In this document: in pieces, positions 34,656-43,826 of the stretch
Numbering within the stretch: position 1 is the first letter of the stretch
Layout: every line of letters starts with the position of its first letter
Program-made: the position numbers and the translations under genes
Assembly (NCBI GenBank): GCA_964411425.1
Contig: CAYPKW010000002.1
Coordinates: 45,512 to 109,511, forward strand
DNA from: an uncultured Rhodospirillaceae bacterium
GTDB taxonomy: Bacteria > Pseudomonadota > Alphaproteobacteria > Dongiales > Dongiaceae
DNA length: 64,000 bases
Reading direction: 5' to 3'
Notes under the pieces: model-generated
What the model saw: only the letters and a program-made list of their open reading frames with translations
The model's database searches: none
Told to the model about the DNA's origin: nothing

Positions 34656-35417
34656 ATGCGGAACCCGCGATCCATCCTGATCACCGGCGCCAGCAGCGGC
34701 ATCGGCGAGGCCCTGGCCAAGGCTTACGCGGCTCCCGGCGTGTCGCTGGCGCTGGGGGGACGCGATGCGGCCCGTCTCGAGGCGGTGGCGGCCGCCTGCC
34801 GGTCCCAGGGCGCCGCGGCGAGCCACGCCGCCCTCGACGTGGTCGATCGGGACGCGATGGCCGATTGGACCGAGGAGGCGGATCGCGCTGCGCCTCTCGA
34901 GTTGGTGGTCGCTAATGCGGGCATATCCGCCGGCACCTGGCGGGGCGGCGAGAGCGCCGAGCAGGCGCGCAGGATCCTTGCAATCAATCTCGACGGCGCG
35001 CTCAACACCGTGCTGCCGGCGATCGCGGCTCTCAGGCGCCGGGGCCGCGGCCAGATCGCGCTCATGAGTTCGCTCGCTTCGTTCCGCGGCTGGCCGGGCG
35101 CACCCGCCTACTGCGCCAGCAAGGCTGCCTTGCGGGTGTGGGGCGAGGCGTTGCGCGGCGAGCTTCGGGCGCACGGCGTCAGCGTGTCGGTGGTCTGCCC
35201 TGGCTTCGTCGTTAGCCGCATGACCGCCGGCAACCATTTCCCGATGCCCATGCTGATGAGCGCCGAGCGCGCGGCCGACACCATCGTGCGCGGGCTGGCC
35301 GCCGACCGGGCGCGGATCGCGTTTCCCTGGCCCATGTATGCCGGTGCGTGGCTGCTCTCGATGCTGCCGCCGGGCTGGACCGACGGGCTGATGGTCCGGC
35401 TGCCGAAGAAGAACTGA
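34656..35417 (+). CDS. short-chain dehydrogenase/reductase (SDR)
   Basis: TGASSGIG cofactor motif and YCASKAA catalytic motif. Start at MRNPRSIL (34656). Confidence 0.8.
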   Translation: MRNPRSILITGASSGIGEALAKAYAAPGVSLALGGRDAARLEAVAAACRSQGAAASHAALDVVDRDAMADWTEEADRAAPLELVVANAGISAGTWRGGESAEQARRILAINLDGALNTVLPAIAALRRRGRGQIALMSSLASFRGWPGAPAYCASKAALRVWGEALRGELRAHGVSVSVVCPGFVVSRMTAGNHFPMPMLMSAERAADTIVRGLAADRARIAFPWPMYAGAWLLSMLPPGWTDGLMVRLPKKN

Positions 35418-35421
35418 TCCG

Positions 35422-36405
35422 CTATTGCGCCTGCAACTCGCGCCATTTGGCGACGTTGCGGTTGTGCTCCGCCAGCGTCGCGGCGAAGGCGTGCCCACCG
35501 CTGCCGTCGGCGACGAAGTAGAGCTCGGCGCCTTCCGCCGGGTGCAGCACGGCCTCGAGCGCGGCGCGGCCGGGATTGCCGATCGGCCCCGGGGGAAGGC
35601 CCGGATTGATGTAAGTGTTGTACGGGCTCTCGGCGGCGAGGTCGGCTCGGGTGAGCGCCCGGCCGAGCTCCATCTTGCCCTGCGTCAAGGCGTAGATGAC
35701 CGTGGGGTCGGATTGCAGCGCTATTCCTCTGCTCAGGCGGTTGAGGAACACGCGGGCGATGCGCGGGCGCTCGGCCGGCACGCCGGTCTCCTTTTCCACG
35801 ATCGAGGCGAGGATCGTCACTTCCTCCGGCCCGTCGAGCGGCAGACCCGAGGCGCGCAACGTCCACAGCTCGGCCAGAGTCTCCCGCATCGCCGCGGCCA
35901 TGCGCAGAACGATGTCGGCGCGCCGGTCCCCGAGGCTGAAGAAATAGGTGTCCGGCAGCAGCGAGCCTTCGGCGAGTTGGCCTATGTCCGGCGGCAGTTC
36001 GCCCGCGAGCCCGTCGGCGGTGGCGACGAGGGCAATCACCGCCGCGACACTCAGGCCCTCGGCCACCGTGAACCGGCGCTTCAACGTGCGCCCTTCGATC
36101 ATCGCCGCGAGCGCGTCGCCGGCGCTCGCCCTGGCCGGGAACGAGTATTCGCCCGCTTGCACCCCCCGATCGCGGGCGAGCAGCCGGGCGCCGAGTTGGA
36201 ACAGGGTGGGATTGTCCACCACGCCGGCCTCGTAAAGCCGCTCGCCGATTTCGGCGAGAGAGGCGCCGCGCGGGATCACGACGGTCGTCTCCGCCGCGGA
36301 CGGCCCCGGTGCGTGGAAGCGGTTGTAACCCCAAAGACCCAGCCCCGCCATCGTCGCCGCGGCCAGGATCGAGAGAGCGACAACGCCGAAGAGGACGCGC
36401 GCCAT
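35422..36405 (-). CDS. mltG: endolytic murein transglycosylase MltG (YceG family)
   Basis: N-terminal TM segment, LASIVEKETG catalytic region and YNTY...GLPPGPI block. Confidence 0.85.
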   Translation of the reverse strand: MARVLFGVVALSILAAATMAGLGLWGYNRFHAPGPSAAETTVVIPRGASLAEIGERLYEAGVVDNPTLFQLGARLLARDRGVQAGEYSFPARASAGDALAAMIEGRTLKRRFTVAEGLSVAAVIALVATADGLAGELPPDIGQLAEGSLLPDTYFFSLGDRRADIVLRMAAAMRETLAELWTLRASGLPLDGPEEVTILASIVEKETGVPAERPRIARVFLNRLSRGIALQSDPTVIYALTQGKMELGRALTRADLAAESPYNTYINPGLPPGPIGNPGRAALEAVLHPAEGAELYFVADGSGGHAFAATLAEHNRNVAKWRELQAQ

Positions 36406-36407
36406 GC

Positions 36408-36673
36408 CTAGTACCGACCTTCACGGATAGGCGGTACGCCTGACGGCCTGCCGCAATCGCCGGCCAGGCGCGAAGGCGCCGCCGATGCCAGCATCGGCAA
36501 GCCTTCGCAACGCCGCCGGCGGCCGCGGCAGGCCGCCCGAAGGGTCGCCGCCCGCAGGCCCCCGGTTCGTCGCCGACGCTCGCCGATGCTGGCATCGCCT
36601 TCGCGTCGGCTCCTACCGGTCATCCTGCGGGCGGCGATCATGCGTGCTACCTATCCATGAAGGTCGATACTAG
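36408..36673. repeat. about 265-bp structured element with 32-bp imperfect terminal inverted repeats filling the fabF-mltG gap
   Basis: CTAGTACCGACCTTCACGGATAGGCGGTACGC at 36408..36439 matches the reverse complement of 36642..36673 at 27 of 32 positions. An internal inverted pair GCCGATGCCAGCATCGGC / GCCGATGCTGGCATCGCC is present. The right arm overlaps the fabF stop codon. Confidence 0.65.
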
Positions 36674-37932
36674 GGCGGGCCGACGAAGATCAGGCTGGCG
36701 TTGGTGCCGCCGAAGCCGAAGGAGTTGGAGAGCGCGGCCCGCACCTTGCGTTCCTTGGCCTGCTTCGCCACCAAATCGATGTCGCAGCCGGGCGAGGGGT
36801 TGTCGAGATTGAGGGTAGGCGGGCACACACCGTCGCGGATCGCCAACATGGAGAAGATCGCCTCGACGCTGCCGGCCGCCCCCAGGAGATGGCCGATCGC
36901 CGACTTGGTCGACGACATCGAAAGCTTGTACGCGGCCGGGCCGAACACGCGCTTTACCGCCGCCAGCTCGATCTCGTCGCCGAGCGGCGTCGAGGTACCG
37001 TGGGCGTTGACGTAGTCGATGTCCTCCGGGCCCATCTTGGCGCGCCGCAGCGCCGCCTTCATGGCCCGATACGCGCCGTCGCCGTCCTCGGCGGGTGCCG
37101 TCATGTGGTAGGCGTCGCCGGAAAGCCCGTAGCCGACGATCTCGGCGTAGATGCGGGCGCCGCGCTTGCGCGCGTGCTCGAGGTCCTCCAGCACCACGAT
37201 GCCGGCGCCCTCGCCCATGACGAAGCCGTCGCGATCCCGGTCCCAAGGGCGCGAGGCCCGCTCCGGCGTGTCGTTGAAGCCGGTCGACAGCGCCCGGGCC
37301 GCCGCGAAGCCGGCGATCCCGATTCGGCTGATGGTCGACTCCGCGCCGCCCGCGACCATGACGTCGGCGTCGTCGAGCCCGATCAGGCGCGCCGCGTCGC
37401 CGATGGCGTGCGCGCCCGAGGAACAGGCGGTCACGACGGCGTGATTGGGTCCCTTGAAGCCGAACTTGATCGAGACGTGGCCGGAGGCGAGGTTAATAAG
37501 GCAGGAGGGAATGAAGAACGGGCTTACTCGTCGCGGCCCGCGCTCGTGCAGGGTGACCGACGCCTCGTAGATGCCTTGCAACCCGCCGACGCCCGAGCCG
37601 ATCATGACGCCGGTGCGTTCGCGGCCCTCGTCGTCCCGCGGCAGCCAGCCCGCGTCGTTCACCGCCTCGCTCGCCGCGCCCAGGGCGTAATGTATGAAGA
37701 TGTCCGATTTGCGCTGGTCCTTCGGCAGGACGTAGTCGTCGGCGTTGAAATGGCCGCTGGCGGTATCCCCGCGCGGCACCTGGCCGGCGACTTTACACGG
37801 CAAATCGGAGACGTCGAACGACTGCACGGCCCGCACGCCCGAGCCGCCGGCTATCAGTCGCCGCCATACGTTCTCGGTCCCGATACCAAGCGGCGTGACC
37901 AGGCCCAGACCGGTGACGACGACCCGTCGCAT
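36670..37932 (-). CDS. fabF: 3-oxoacyl-ACP synthase II
   Basis: Active-site ACSSGAH, HGTSTPLGD and NSFGFGGTNASL. Confidence 0.95.
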   Translation of the reverse strand: MRRVVVTGLGLVTPLGIGTENVWRRLIAGGSGVRAVQSFDVSDLPCKVAGQVPRGDTASGHFNADDYVLPKDQRKSDIFIHYALGAASEAVNDAGWLPRDDEGRERTGVMIGSGVGGLQGIYEASVTLHERGPRRVSPFFIPSCLINLASGHVSIKFGFKGPNHAVVTACSSGAHAIGDAARLIGLDDADVMVAGGAESTISRIGIAGFAAARALSTGFNDTPERASRPWDRDRDGFVMGEGAGIVVLEDLEHARKRGARIYAEIVGYGLSGDAYHMTAPAEDGDGAYRAMKAALRRAKMGPEDIDYVNAHGTSTPLGDEIELAAVKRVFGPAAYKLSMSSTKSAIGHLLGAAGSVEAIFSMLAIRDGVCPPTLNLDNPSPGCDIDLVAKQAKERKVRAALSNSFGFGGTNASLIFVGPP

Positions 37933-37994
37933 GGCGCTGCTCTGAATCTCGCGGCGGTGAGGCCCGCGCGAACCCGACGGCGCGCCGGGCTGGT

Positions 37995-38228
37995 TCAGGC
38001 GTTGGATTCGATGAAGGCGATGGCGTCCTTCACCGTCAGGATCTTCTCGGCCGCATCGTCCGGAATCTCGCAGCCGAATTCCTCCTCGAACGCCATGACC
38101 AGCTCGACCGTATCCAGGCTGTCGGCCCCCAGATCATCGATAAAGCTGGCGCCATCCGAGACTTTCGACTCGTCCACCCCGAGATGCTCGACGACGATCT
38201 TCTTCACGCGCTCGGCGATGTCACTCAT
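37995..38228 (-). CDS. acpP: acyl carrier protein
   Basis: [12 protein letters not shown] phosphopantetheine-attachment motif. Start at MSDIAERV. Confidence 0.95.
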   Translation of the reverse strand: MSDIAERVKKIVVEHLGVDESKVSDGASFIDDLGADSLDTVELVMAFEEEFGCEIPDDAAEKILTVKDAIAFIESNA

Positions 38229-38377
38229 GGTGCGCAACCCTCAACCGCGACAACAGAGACGAATAAGGTTCACCACTAGCGCCGGTGTTGGCAATCCCAC
38301 TCTCCAGCCGGCGCGACCCGAATTCGGGCGTCCCTTAACACAGCCGCTTCCCTTTGGCCAGCGCTTCCCCGGCGACC

Positions 38378-39115
38378 TCATATCATGGCCATTCCGCCGT
38401 TGACATGCAAGGTCTGCCCGGTCACGTACCCGGCCTCGACACTGGCGAGAAAGACGACGCAGGCCGACACGTCCTCGGGGGTACCCAGCCGCCCGGCCGG
38501 AATCGCCGCGTTCAACTTGTCGCGCTGCTCGGGGCCCAGCGCCTCGGTCATCGCCGTCGCTATGAAGCCCGGCGCGACGCAGTTCACCGTGATGCCGCGC
38601 GAGGCCACCTCCGCCGCCAGCGCCTTGGACATGCCGATCATGCCCGCCTTCGAAGCCGCATAATTGGCCTGGCCCGGATTGCCGGTGACGCCGACGATCG
38701 ACGAAATCCCGATGATGCGGCCCCAGCGGCGCTTCATCATGCCGCGCAGAGAGGCACGGGCCAGGCGAAAACCGGCGGTGAGGTTGACGTCGAGAACCAT
38801 CTGCCAGTCTTCGTCCTTCATGCGCACCGCCAGCATGTCGCGGGTAAGCCCGGCGTTGTTGACCAGAATGTCGATCTGACCCATGGCCGCCTCGGCGTCG
38901 CGCGCCAGGCGCTCGACCGCGGCGGCCTCCGCCAAGTTGGCCGGCAACACGTGACAGCGGCCGCCCAATGCCTGGGCGAGCGCGGCGAGCGCCGTCTCGC
39001 GCGTGCCCGAGAGGGCCACCGTAGCGCCCGCTGCGTGCAACGCTCGCGCGATCGCCGCCCCGATGGCGCCCGAGGCACCGGTGACAAGCGCCCGTTTGCC
39101 CGTCAGATCGAACAT
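38378..39115 (-). CDS. fabG: 3-oxoacyl-ACP reductase
   Basis: MFDLTGKRALVTGASGAIG and YAASKAG motifs. GAGG lies 6 nt upstream of ATG 39115. Confidence 0.9.
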   Translation of the reverse strand: MFDLTGKRALVTGASGAIGAAIARALHAAGATVALSGTRETALAALAQALGGRCHVLPANLAEAAAVERLARDAEAAMGQIDILVNNAGLTRDMLAVRMKDEDWQMVLDVNLTAGFRLARASLRGMMKRRWGRIIGISSIVGVTGNPGQANYAASKAGMIGMSKALAAEVASRGITVNCVAPGFIATAMTEALGPEQRDKLNAAIPAGRLGTPEDVSACVVFLASVEAGYVTGQTLHVNGGMAMI

Positions 39116-39131
39116 CATTCGCCTCATCCGT

Positions 39132-40082
39132 CTACAGCAGCTTCAGAACCGCCTCGAGCTCGGCCGGCTCGCCGGCGGCAAGCGCTTCGAGGTCGCGGTC
39201 GATGCGTCGGACCAGGCCGGTCAGCACCTTGCCGGCGCCGAGCTCGACGATGCGCGTGACGCCCTTCTCCTTCAGGTAGAGCACGCTCTCGCGCCAACGC
39301 ACCCTGGCGGTCACCTGCTCAATCAGCAAGCGGCGAATGGTTTCCGGGTTGGCGACCTCGCGCGCGGTCACGTTGGCGACCAGCGGGATTCCCGGCGGCG
39401 CCATCGGCGCGGCGGCAAGCACTTCGGCCATCTCCTCGGCGGCGGGCGCCATCAGGGCGCAATGAAACGGCGCGCTCACCGGCAGCAAGACGCCGCGACT
39501 GCCGCGCCCGGCGGCAATGGCGATCGCCCGCTCGACCGCGGCGCGCGTGCCGCTGACGACCACCTGGCTCGGCGAGTTGTCGTTGGCGACGGCGCACACC
39601 GCCTCGCCGCCCACCTCCTCGGCGGCGGCGGCGGCGACCGCCTCGCCGCCGGCGAGATCGAGGCCGAGAAGGGCGGCCATCGCCCCCTCGCCCGGGGGCA
39701 CGGCCCGCTGCATGGCCTGGCCGCGCCGCTTCAGCAGGCGCGCCGCGTCGGCGACGGCGAAGGCGCCGGCCGCGGCAAGGGCCGAATACTCGCCCAGCGA
39801 GTGGCCCGCGACGTACGCCCCCTTCGCCGCCAGCTTGAAACCACCCTCGCCTTCGATCGCCCGCGCCGCCGCCAGGCTCGCCGCCATCAGGGCCGGCTGC
39901 GCGTTTTCGGTCAGCGTGAGCTCGGAATCAGGTCCCTCGAACATGAGCCGCGTCAGGCGCTGCTTGAGGGCCTCGTCCACCTCCTCGAACACCGCGCGCG
40001 CGGCAGGAAAGGCTTCCGCCAGCGCGCGCCCCATGCCGACGGCCTGCGAGCCCTGGCCGGGAAACACGAAGGCGGTGGGCAT
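39132..40082 (-). CDS. fabD: malonyl-CoA:ACP transacylase
   Basis: FVFPGQGSQ and GHSLGEYSAL motifs. Confidence 0.95.
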   Translation of the reverse strand: MPTAFVFPGQGSQAVGMGRALAEAFPAARAVFEEVDEALKQRLTRLMFEGPDSELTLTENAQPALMAASLAAARAIEGEGGFKLAAKGAYVAGHSLGEYSALAAAGAFAVADAARLLKRRGQAMQRAVPPGEGAMAALLGLDLAGGEAVAAAAAEEVGGEAVCAVANDNSPSQVVVSGTRAAVERAIAIAAGRGSRGVLLPVSAPFHCALMAPAAEEMAEVLAAAPMAPPGIPLVANVTAREVANPETIRRLLIEQVTARVRWRESVLYLKEKGVTRIVELGAGKVLTGLVRRIDRDLEALAAGEPAELEAVLKLL

Positions 40083-40209
40083 GATGGCTCCCCTCGCGGC
40101 TCATTGCGGGCGCTTTCCGAAGGCGCGCATTGATGGCGCGGGGCGTCCCGCTGTCAAGCACAGGCGGCCATCGCACAGACGGACAGCCACCTTGACGGTT
40201 CGCGAATTT

Positions 40210-40224
40210 TCCTTACTGTAAGGA
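40210..40224. promoter_or_regulatory. 7-1-7 perfect inverted repeat, candidate antitoxin operator
   Basis: TCCTTAC-T-GTAAGGA lies 24 nt upstream of the antitoxin GTG and just before the SD (AGGAGCAGGAG). Confidence 0.35.
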
Positions 40225-40247
40225 CGAAAGGAGCAGGAGACTCGCCC

Positions 40248-40472
40248 GTGATCACCAGTCGCATCACCAGCAAGGCGCAGACCACGGTCCCGAAGGAGGT
40301 CCGCAAGGCGCTCGGCGCGGGACCCGGCGACGTGCTCGCCTACGAGATCGAGGGCCGGCGCATCACCGTGAGGAAACTCCAGCCGATCGAGCGCGCGCAT
40401 CTCCGGGCGCTCCAGGAGACGCTTTCGGAATGGGCTTCCCCTGCCGACGCGGAAGCCTATGACGACCTTTGA
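40248..40472 (+). CDS. AbrB/SpoVT (MazE-like) type II antitoxin
   Basis: SpoVT-AbrB swapped-hairpin motif SKAQTTVPKEVRKALGAGPGDVLAYEI. GTG start with a good SD. Acidic C-terminal tail. Confidence 0.75.
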   Translation: MITSRITSKAQTTVPKEVRKALGAGPGDVLAYEIEGRRITVRKLQPIERAHLRALQETLSEWASPADAEAYDDL

Positions 40473-40797
40473 GCGTTGGGCGGTGGCGATCGTGCCCTTT
40501 CCGTTCGTCGATGCGCCGATTTCCAAGCCGCGGCCGGCCCTTGTCTTGTCGCCGCGCGCATTCAATACACAGAACCGCCACACGATCCTCGCGATGATCA
40601 CTCGCGGGATCGATACGCGCTGGTCGAGCGACGTCGTGATCCAACGGTATCGCGAGGCCGGGCTTCCACTACCCTCGGTGGTGAGGTGGAAGCTGTTCAC
40701 ACTCGACAACCGTTTGTTCTTGCGAGCCATCGGGCTCCTCGCGCCGATCGACCGCCGGGCCTGCGCCACGGCCCTGAAGCGCATTCTTGCAGGCTGA
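40459..40797 (+). CDS. PemK/MazF-family type II toxin (endoribonuclease-like)
   Basis: VPFPFVD...KPRPALVLS...ILAMITR...SVVR pattern typical of MazF/PemK. It overlaps the antitoxin by 14 nt. Confidence 0.7.
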   Translation: MTTFERWAVAIVPFPFVDAPISKPRPALVLSPRAFNTQNRHTILAMITRGIDTRWSSDVVIQRYREAGLPLPSVVRWKLFTLDNRLFLRAIGLLAPIDRRACATALKRILAG

Positions 40798-40854
40798 GGA
40801 AATCGGCGCCGGCCTGCCGGGCCGGGGTCCCTCGCTGCGCTCGGGACGACACCC

Positions 40855-40882
40855 TTGCCGGGTCGGTGGATTTGTGTATAGT
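40855..40882 (+). promoter_or_regulatory. candidate sigma-70 promoter for rpsF-rpsR-rplI
   Basis: TTGCCG, 16 nt spacer, TATAGT, followed by a GC-rich discriminator (GCGCC). It is about 135 nt upstream of the rpsF ATG. Confidence 0.4.
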
Positions 40883-41016
40883 GCGCCGCCTCGTGAAAAC
40901 TCCTTGCCGGCGCCGACATCGACGGGGCCGGCTTGGTCCGGGCGGCCGATAGCGGATGCGAGATCGAGCGACATCCCCGGCGCCGGACAGCGGACAGCCA
41001 GAAGGAGCCGAAATCG

Positions 41017-41457
41017 ATGTTGCTCTACGAGAACGTCTTCATTGCGCGCCAGGACATCTCCTCCACCCAGGTGGAGGCGCTGGCGGACGGTTTTTCCAGC
41101 ATTCTCGCCGAGCACGGCGGCAAGGTCGCCAAGCGGGAGATGTGGGGCCTGAAGAACCTGGCCTTTCGGGTGAAGAAGAACCGCAAGGGACACTTCGTCC
41201 TGTTCAATATCGATGCGCCGCCGGCGGCCGTGACCGAAATGGAGCGCAACATGCGCATCAACGAGGATGTGCTGCGCTACCTCACGGTCAGAGTCGAGGA
41301 ACTGGAAGAGGGGCCGTCCGCCATGCTGGTGAGCCGCCATCGCGACCGAGAAGGGGGACGCGGACGCGACCGGGACGACCGGCCGCGGCGCGAGCGTGAG
41401 CGCGCCCCCGACGCCGGCCCGGAGGTCGTTGCCGTGCCCGCACAGGAGACCGCGTGA
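41017..41457 (+). CDS. rpsF: 30S ribosomal protein S6 (with charged C-terminal tail)
   Basis: [13 protein letters not shown]...[20 protein letters not shown]. Confidence 0.95.
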   Translation: MLLYENVFIARQDISSTQVEALADGFSSILAEHGGKVAKREMWGLKNLAFRVKKNRKGHFVLFNIDAPPAAVTEMERNMRINEDVLRYLTVRVEELEEGPSAMLVSRHRDREGGRGRDRDDRPRRERERAPDAGPEVVAVPAQETA

Positions 41458-41717
41458 TGGAAACCACCGCCTCCGGCGCGGGCCGGTCGCCTGGCCGCCG
41501 CCCGTTCTTTCGCCGCCGCAAGACCTGCCCGTTTACCGGGACGCATGCGCCGAAGATCGACTACAAGGACGTGAAGCTGTTGCAACGCTTCCTGTCCGAG
41601 CGCGGCAAGATGGTGCCGAGCCGCATCACGGCCGTGTCGGCCAAGAAGCAGCGGCTGCTGTCCCAGGCCATCAAGCGGGCGCGCTTCCTCGCTCTGCTGC
41701 CCTACGCGATCAAGTAG
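41457..41717 (+). CDS. rpsR: 30S ribosomal protein S18
   Basis: [10 protein letters not shown]...[25 protein letters not shown]. The start overlaps the rpsF stop (TGATG). GTG 41454 is also possible. Confidence 0.95.
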   Translation: METTASGAGRSPGRRPFFRRRKTCPFTGTHAPKIDYKDVKLLQRFLSERGKMVPSRITAVSAKKQRLLSQAIKRARFLALLPYAIK

Positions 41718-41727
41718 GAGACCCGCC

Positions 41728-42306
41728 ATGCAAGTCATCCTGCTCGAGCGCATCGAAAAGCTCGGCCAGATGGGCGACGTGGTGAAGGTGAAGCCCGGCT
41801 TCGCGCGCAACTACCTGCTGCCGCAGAAGAAGGCGCTCAGGGCCACCGAGGTCAATATGGCGCGCTTCGCCGAACAGCGCGCCCAGCTCGAGGCCGCCAA
41901 CCTGCAGCGCCGCCAGGAGGCCGAGGCGATTTCCGGCAAGGTGGACGGCATCGCCGTCGTCCTCATCCGCCAGGCTGGCGAGACCGGCCAGCTGTACGGC
42001 TCGGTCAGCCCGCGCGACATCGCCGAGGCGGTGACGGCGGCGGGCGTTACCATCCAGCGCCGCCAGGTGATGATGGATCGCCCGATCAAGCAGCTCGGCC
42101 TCAACACGGTGCGCGTCGCGCTCCATCCCGAGGTGATTGTGACGATCACCGCCAACATCGCCAAGTCCGAGGAAGAGGCCGCGCAGCAACAAAAATCCGG
42201 CGGCTACGTCGCGCGCGCCGAGGCGCCGGCCCCGACGCTGGAAGAAATACTGGCCGAAGCGGACGCCAAGGCCGGCGAGGAAGCGGAGACGCCGCCGGCC
42301 GCCTGA
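41728..42306 (+). CDS. rplI: 50S ribosomal protein L9
   Basis: [36 protein letters not shown]. Confidence 0.95.
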   Translation: MQVILLERIEKLGQMGDVVKVKPGFARNYLLPQKKALRATEVNMARFAEQRAQLEAANLQRRQEAEAISGKVDGIAVVLIRQAGETGQLYGSVSPRDIAEAVTAAGVTIQRRQVMMDRPIKQLGLNTVRVALHPEVIVTITANIAKSEEEAAQQQKSGGYVARAEAPAPTLEEILAEADAKAGEEAETPPAA

Positions 42307-42337
42307 TTTCCGCGTGCCCGGAGGCGCGCCCCGGACC

Positions 42338-43564
42338 ATGTTGGCATCCCATCTTCTGCGCCGGCTGATCTCGGAAGGGCGGCTTACCGTCATCGATGCC
42401 GCGGGCCGCTCGCACGAGTTCGGCGGCGACGGCCAGCACTTCGCCATCCGCCTGCACGACCGAACCCTCGATCGCCGCCTGCTCACGAACCCGAGGTTGG
42501 CGATCGGCGAAGGCTACATGGAGGGCGGGCTCACCATCGAGGACGGAGGAAGCCTGTACGACTTCCTCGAGTTCGCCGCGCGCAACCTGGCCGCCTACGA
42601 GCGCCGTCCGGCGCAGCGGCTGCAGAACTCGCTGGCGAGTCTGTTGCGATTCGTGCACGCGCACAATCCGGTGCCGCGCGCCAGGCGCAACGCGGCGCAT
42701 CACTACGACCTGTCGGATGCCCTCTACGACCTTTTCCTCGACCGGGACCGCCAATACTCCTGCGCCTACTTCACCACCGACAACGACAGCCTGGAAGCGG
42801 CGCAGGACAACAAGAAGCTGCACATCGCCGCCAAGCTGCTGCTGGCGCCGGGCCAGAAGGTGCTCGACATCGGCAGCGGCTGGGGCGGACTGGCGCTCTA
42901 TCTGGCACGGCTCGCCGGCGTGGACGTGACCGGGGTCACGCTGTCGGATCACCAGCACGCCGTGTCCCTGATGCGCGCCAAGGAGGCGGGGCTGGCCGAC
43001 CGCGTGCGGTTCCGCCTCAACGACTACCGCGAGGAAAACGGGCGTTACGACCGCATCGTCTCGGTCGGCATGTTCGAGCATGTCGGCGCCGGCCATTACC
43101 GCGAGTTTTTCGACAAGGTACGCGACCTGCTGACCGAGAACGGGATCATGCTGCTGCACTCGATCGGACGCATAGACCCGCCCGGCGTCACCAACCCTTG
43201 GCTGCGCAAGTATATCTTTCCGGGCGGCTACACGCCGGCGCTGTCCGAGGTGTTCACCGCCGTCGAGGGCGCCGGGCTGTGGGTCACGGACGTGGAAATC
43301 CTGCGCCTGCACTACGCCAAGACGCTCCGCGAGTGGCGCCGGCGCTTCGAGGCCAACCGCAGCAGAATCCGCGAGCTGTATGACGAGCGCTTCTGCCGCA
43401 TGTGGGAGTTCTATCTGGCCGGCAGCGAGGTCGCGTTCCTGCATCTGGGCCAGATGGTTTTCCAGATGCAACTCGCGCGCCGGCAGGACACGGTGCCGCT
43501 TACCCGCGACTACATCGGCGATTACGAGCGCGAGCACGCGGTCCGCGCGACGCTCGCCGCCTGA
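42338..43564 (+). CDS. cfa: cyclopropane-fatty-acyl-phospholipid synthase-family SAM methyltransferase
   Basis: HYDLSDALYDLFLD, VLDIGSGWGGLA and FPGGYTPAL motifs. Start is ATG 42338 or GTG 42314. Confidence 0.85.
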   Translation: MLASHLLRRLISEGRLTVIDAAGRSHEFGGDGQHFAIRLHDRTLDRRLLTNPRLAIGEGYMEGGLTIEDGGSLYDFLEFAARNLAAYERRPAQRLQNSLASLLRFVHAHNPVPRARRNAAHHYDLSDALYDLFLDRDRQYSCAYFTTDNDSLEAAQDNKKLHIAAKLLLAPGQKVLDIGSGWGGLALYLARLAGVDVTGVTLSDHQHAVSLMRAKEAGLADRVRFRLNDYREENGRYDRIVSVGMFEHVGAGHYREFFDKVRDLLTENGIMLLHSIGRIDPPGVTNPWLRKYIFPGGYTPALSEVFTAVEGAGLWVTDVEILRLHYAKTLREWRRRFEANRSRIRELYDERFCRMWEFYLAGSEVAFLHLGQMVFQMQLARRQDTVPLTRDYIGDYEREHAVRATLAA

Positions 43565-43609
43565 CGGCGGCGAAACTTACTCCCAGGGCAATTGCATTTG
43601 ACTGCGTCG

Positions 43610-43722
43610 GCTTTCCTCCTCTTTCGAGACGCGCCCTCTCGGGCGCTCCTCAAGATGAGGAAAGCCAACAACGAGCCTCATGGTGAGGAGGCCGCGACAG
43701 CGGCCGTCTCGAACCATGAGGC
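43610..43722. repeat. double-hairpin REP-like intergenic repeat, copy 2
   Basis: Hairpin 1 is GGCTTTCCTC...TTCGAGACGCGCCC...GCGCTCCTCA...GAGGAAAGCC. Hairpin 2 is GCCTCATGGTGAGGAGGCCGC...GCGGCCGTCTCGAACCATGAGGC. It has the same TCGAGACG / CTCCTCA core as 14119..14240. Confidence 0.75.
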
Positions 43723-43826
43723 CGCAATCCGCCAAATGCGATTCCCCTGTACTTACTCCCACTATTCACCTTTCCCACCGACGAATCGCTTATAGTGCGC
43801 GGCCGCATTCTGGTACGGTCGCGCAG

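Noticed and set aside
33026-34915. 629-aa ORF on the plus strand
   Set aside because: It is antisense to gmk and yicC and out of frame with the SDR gene. It has no motifs and a shadow-frame composition.
40101-40919. 272-aa minus-strand ORF across the toxin-antitoxin locus
   Set aside because: It is antisense to both TA genes, which have family-typical sequences, an SD and an operator-like repeat. Its translation is low-complexity.
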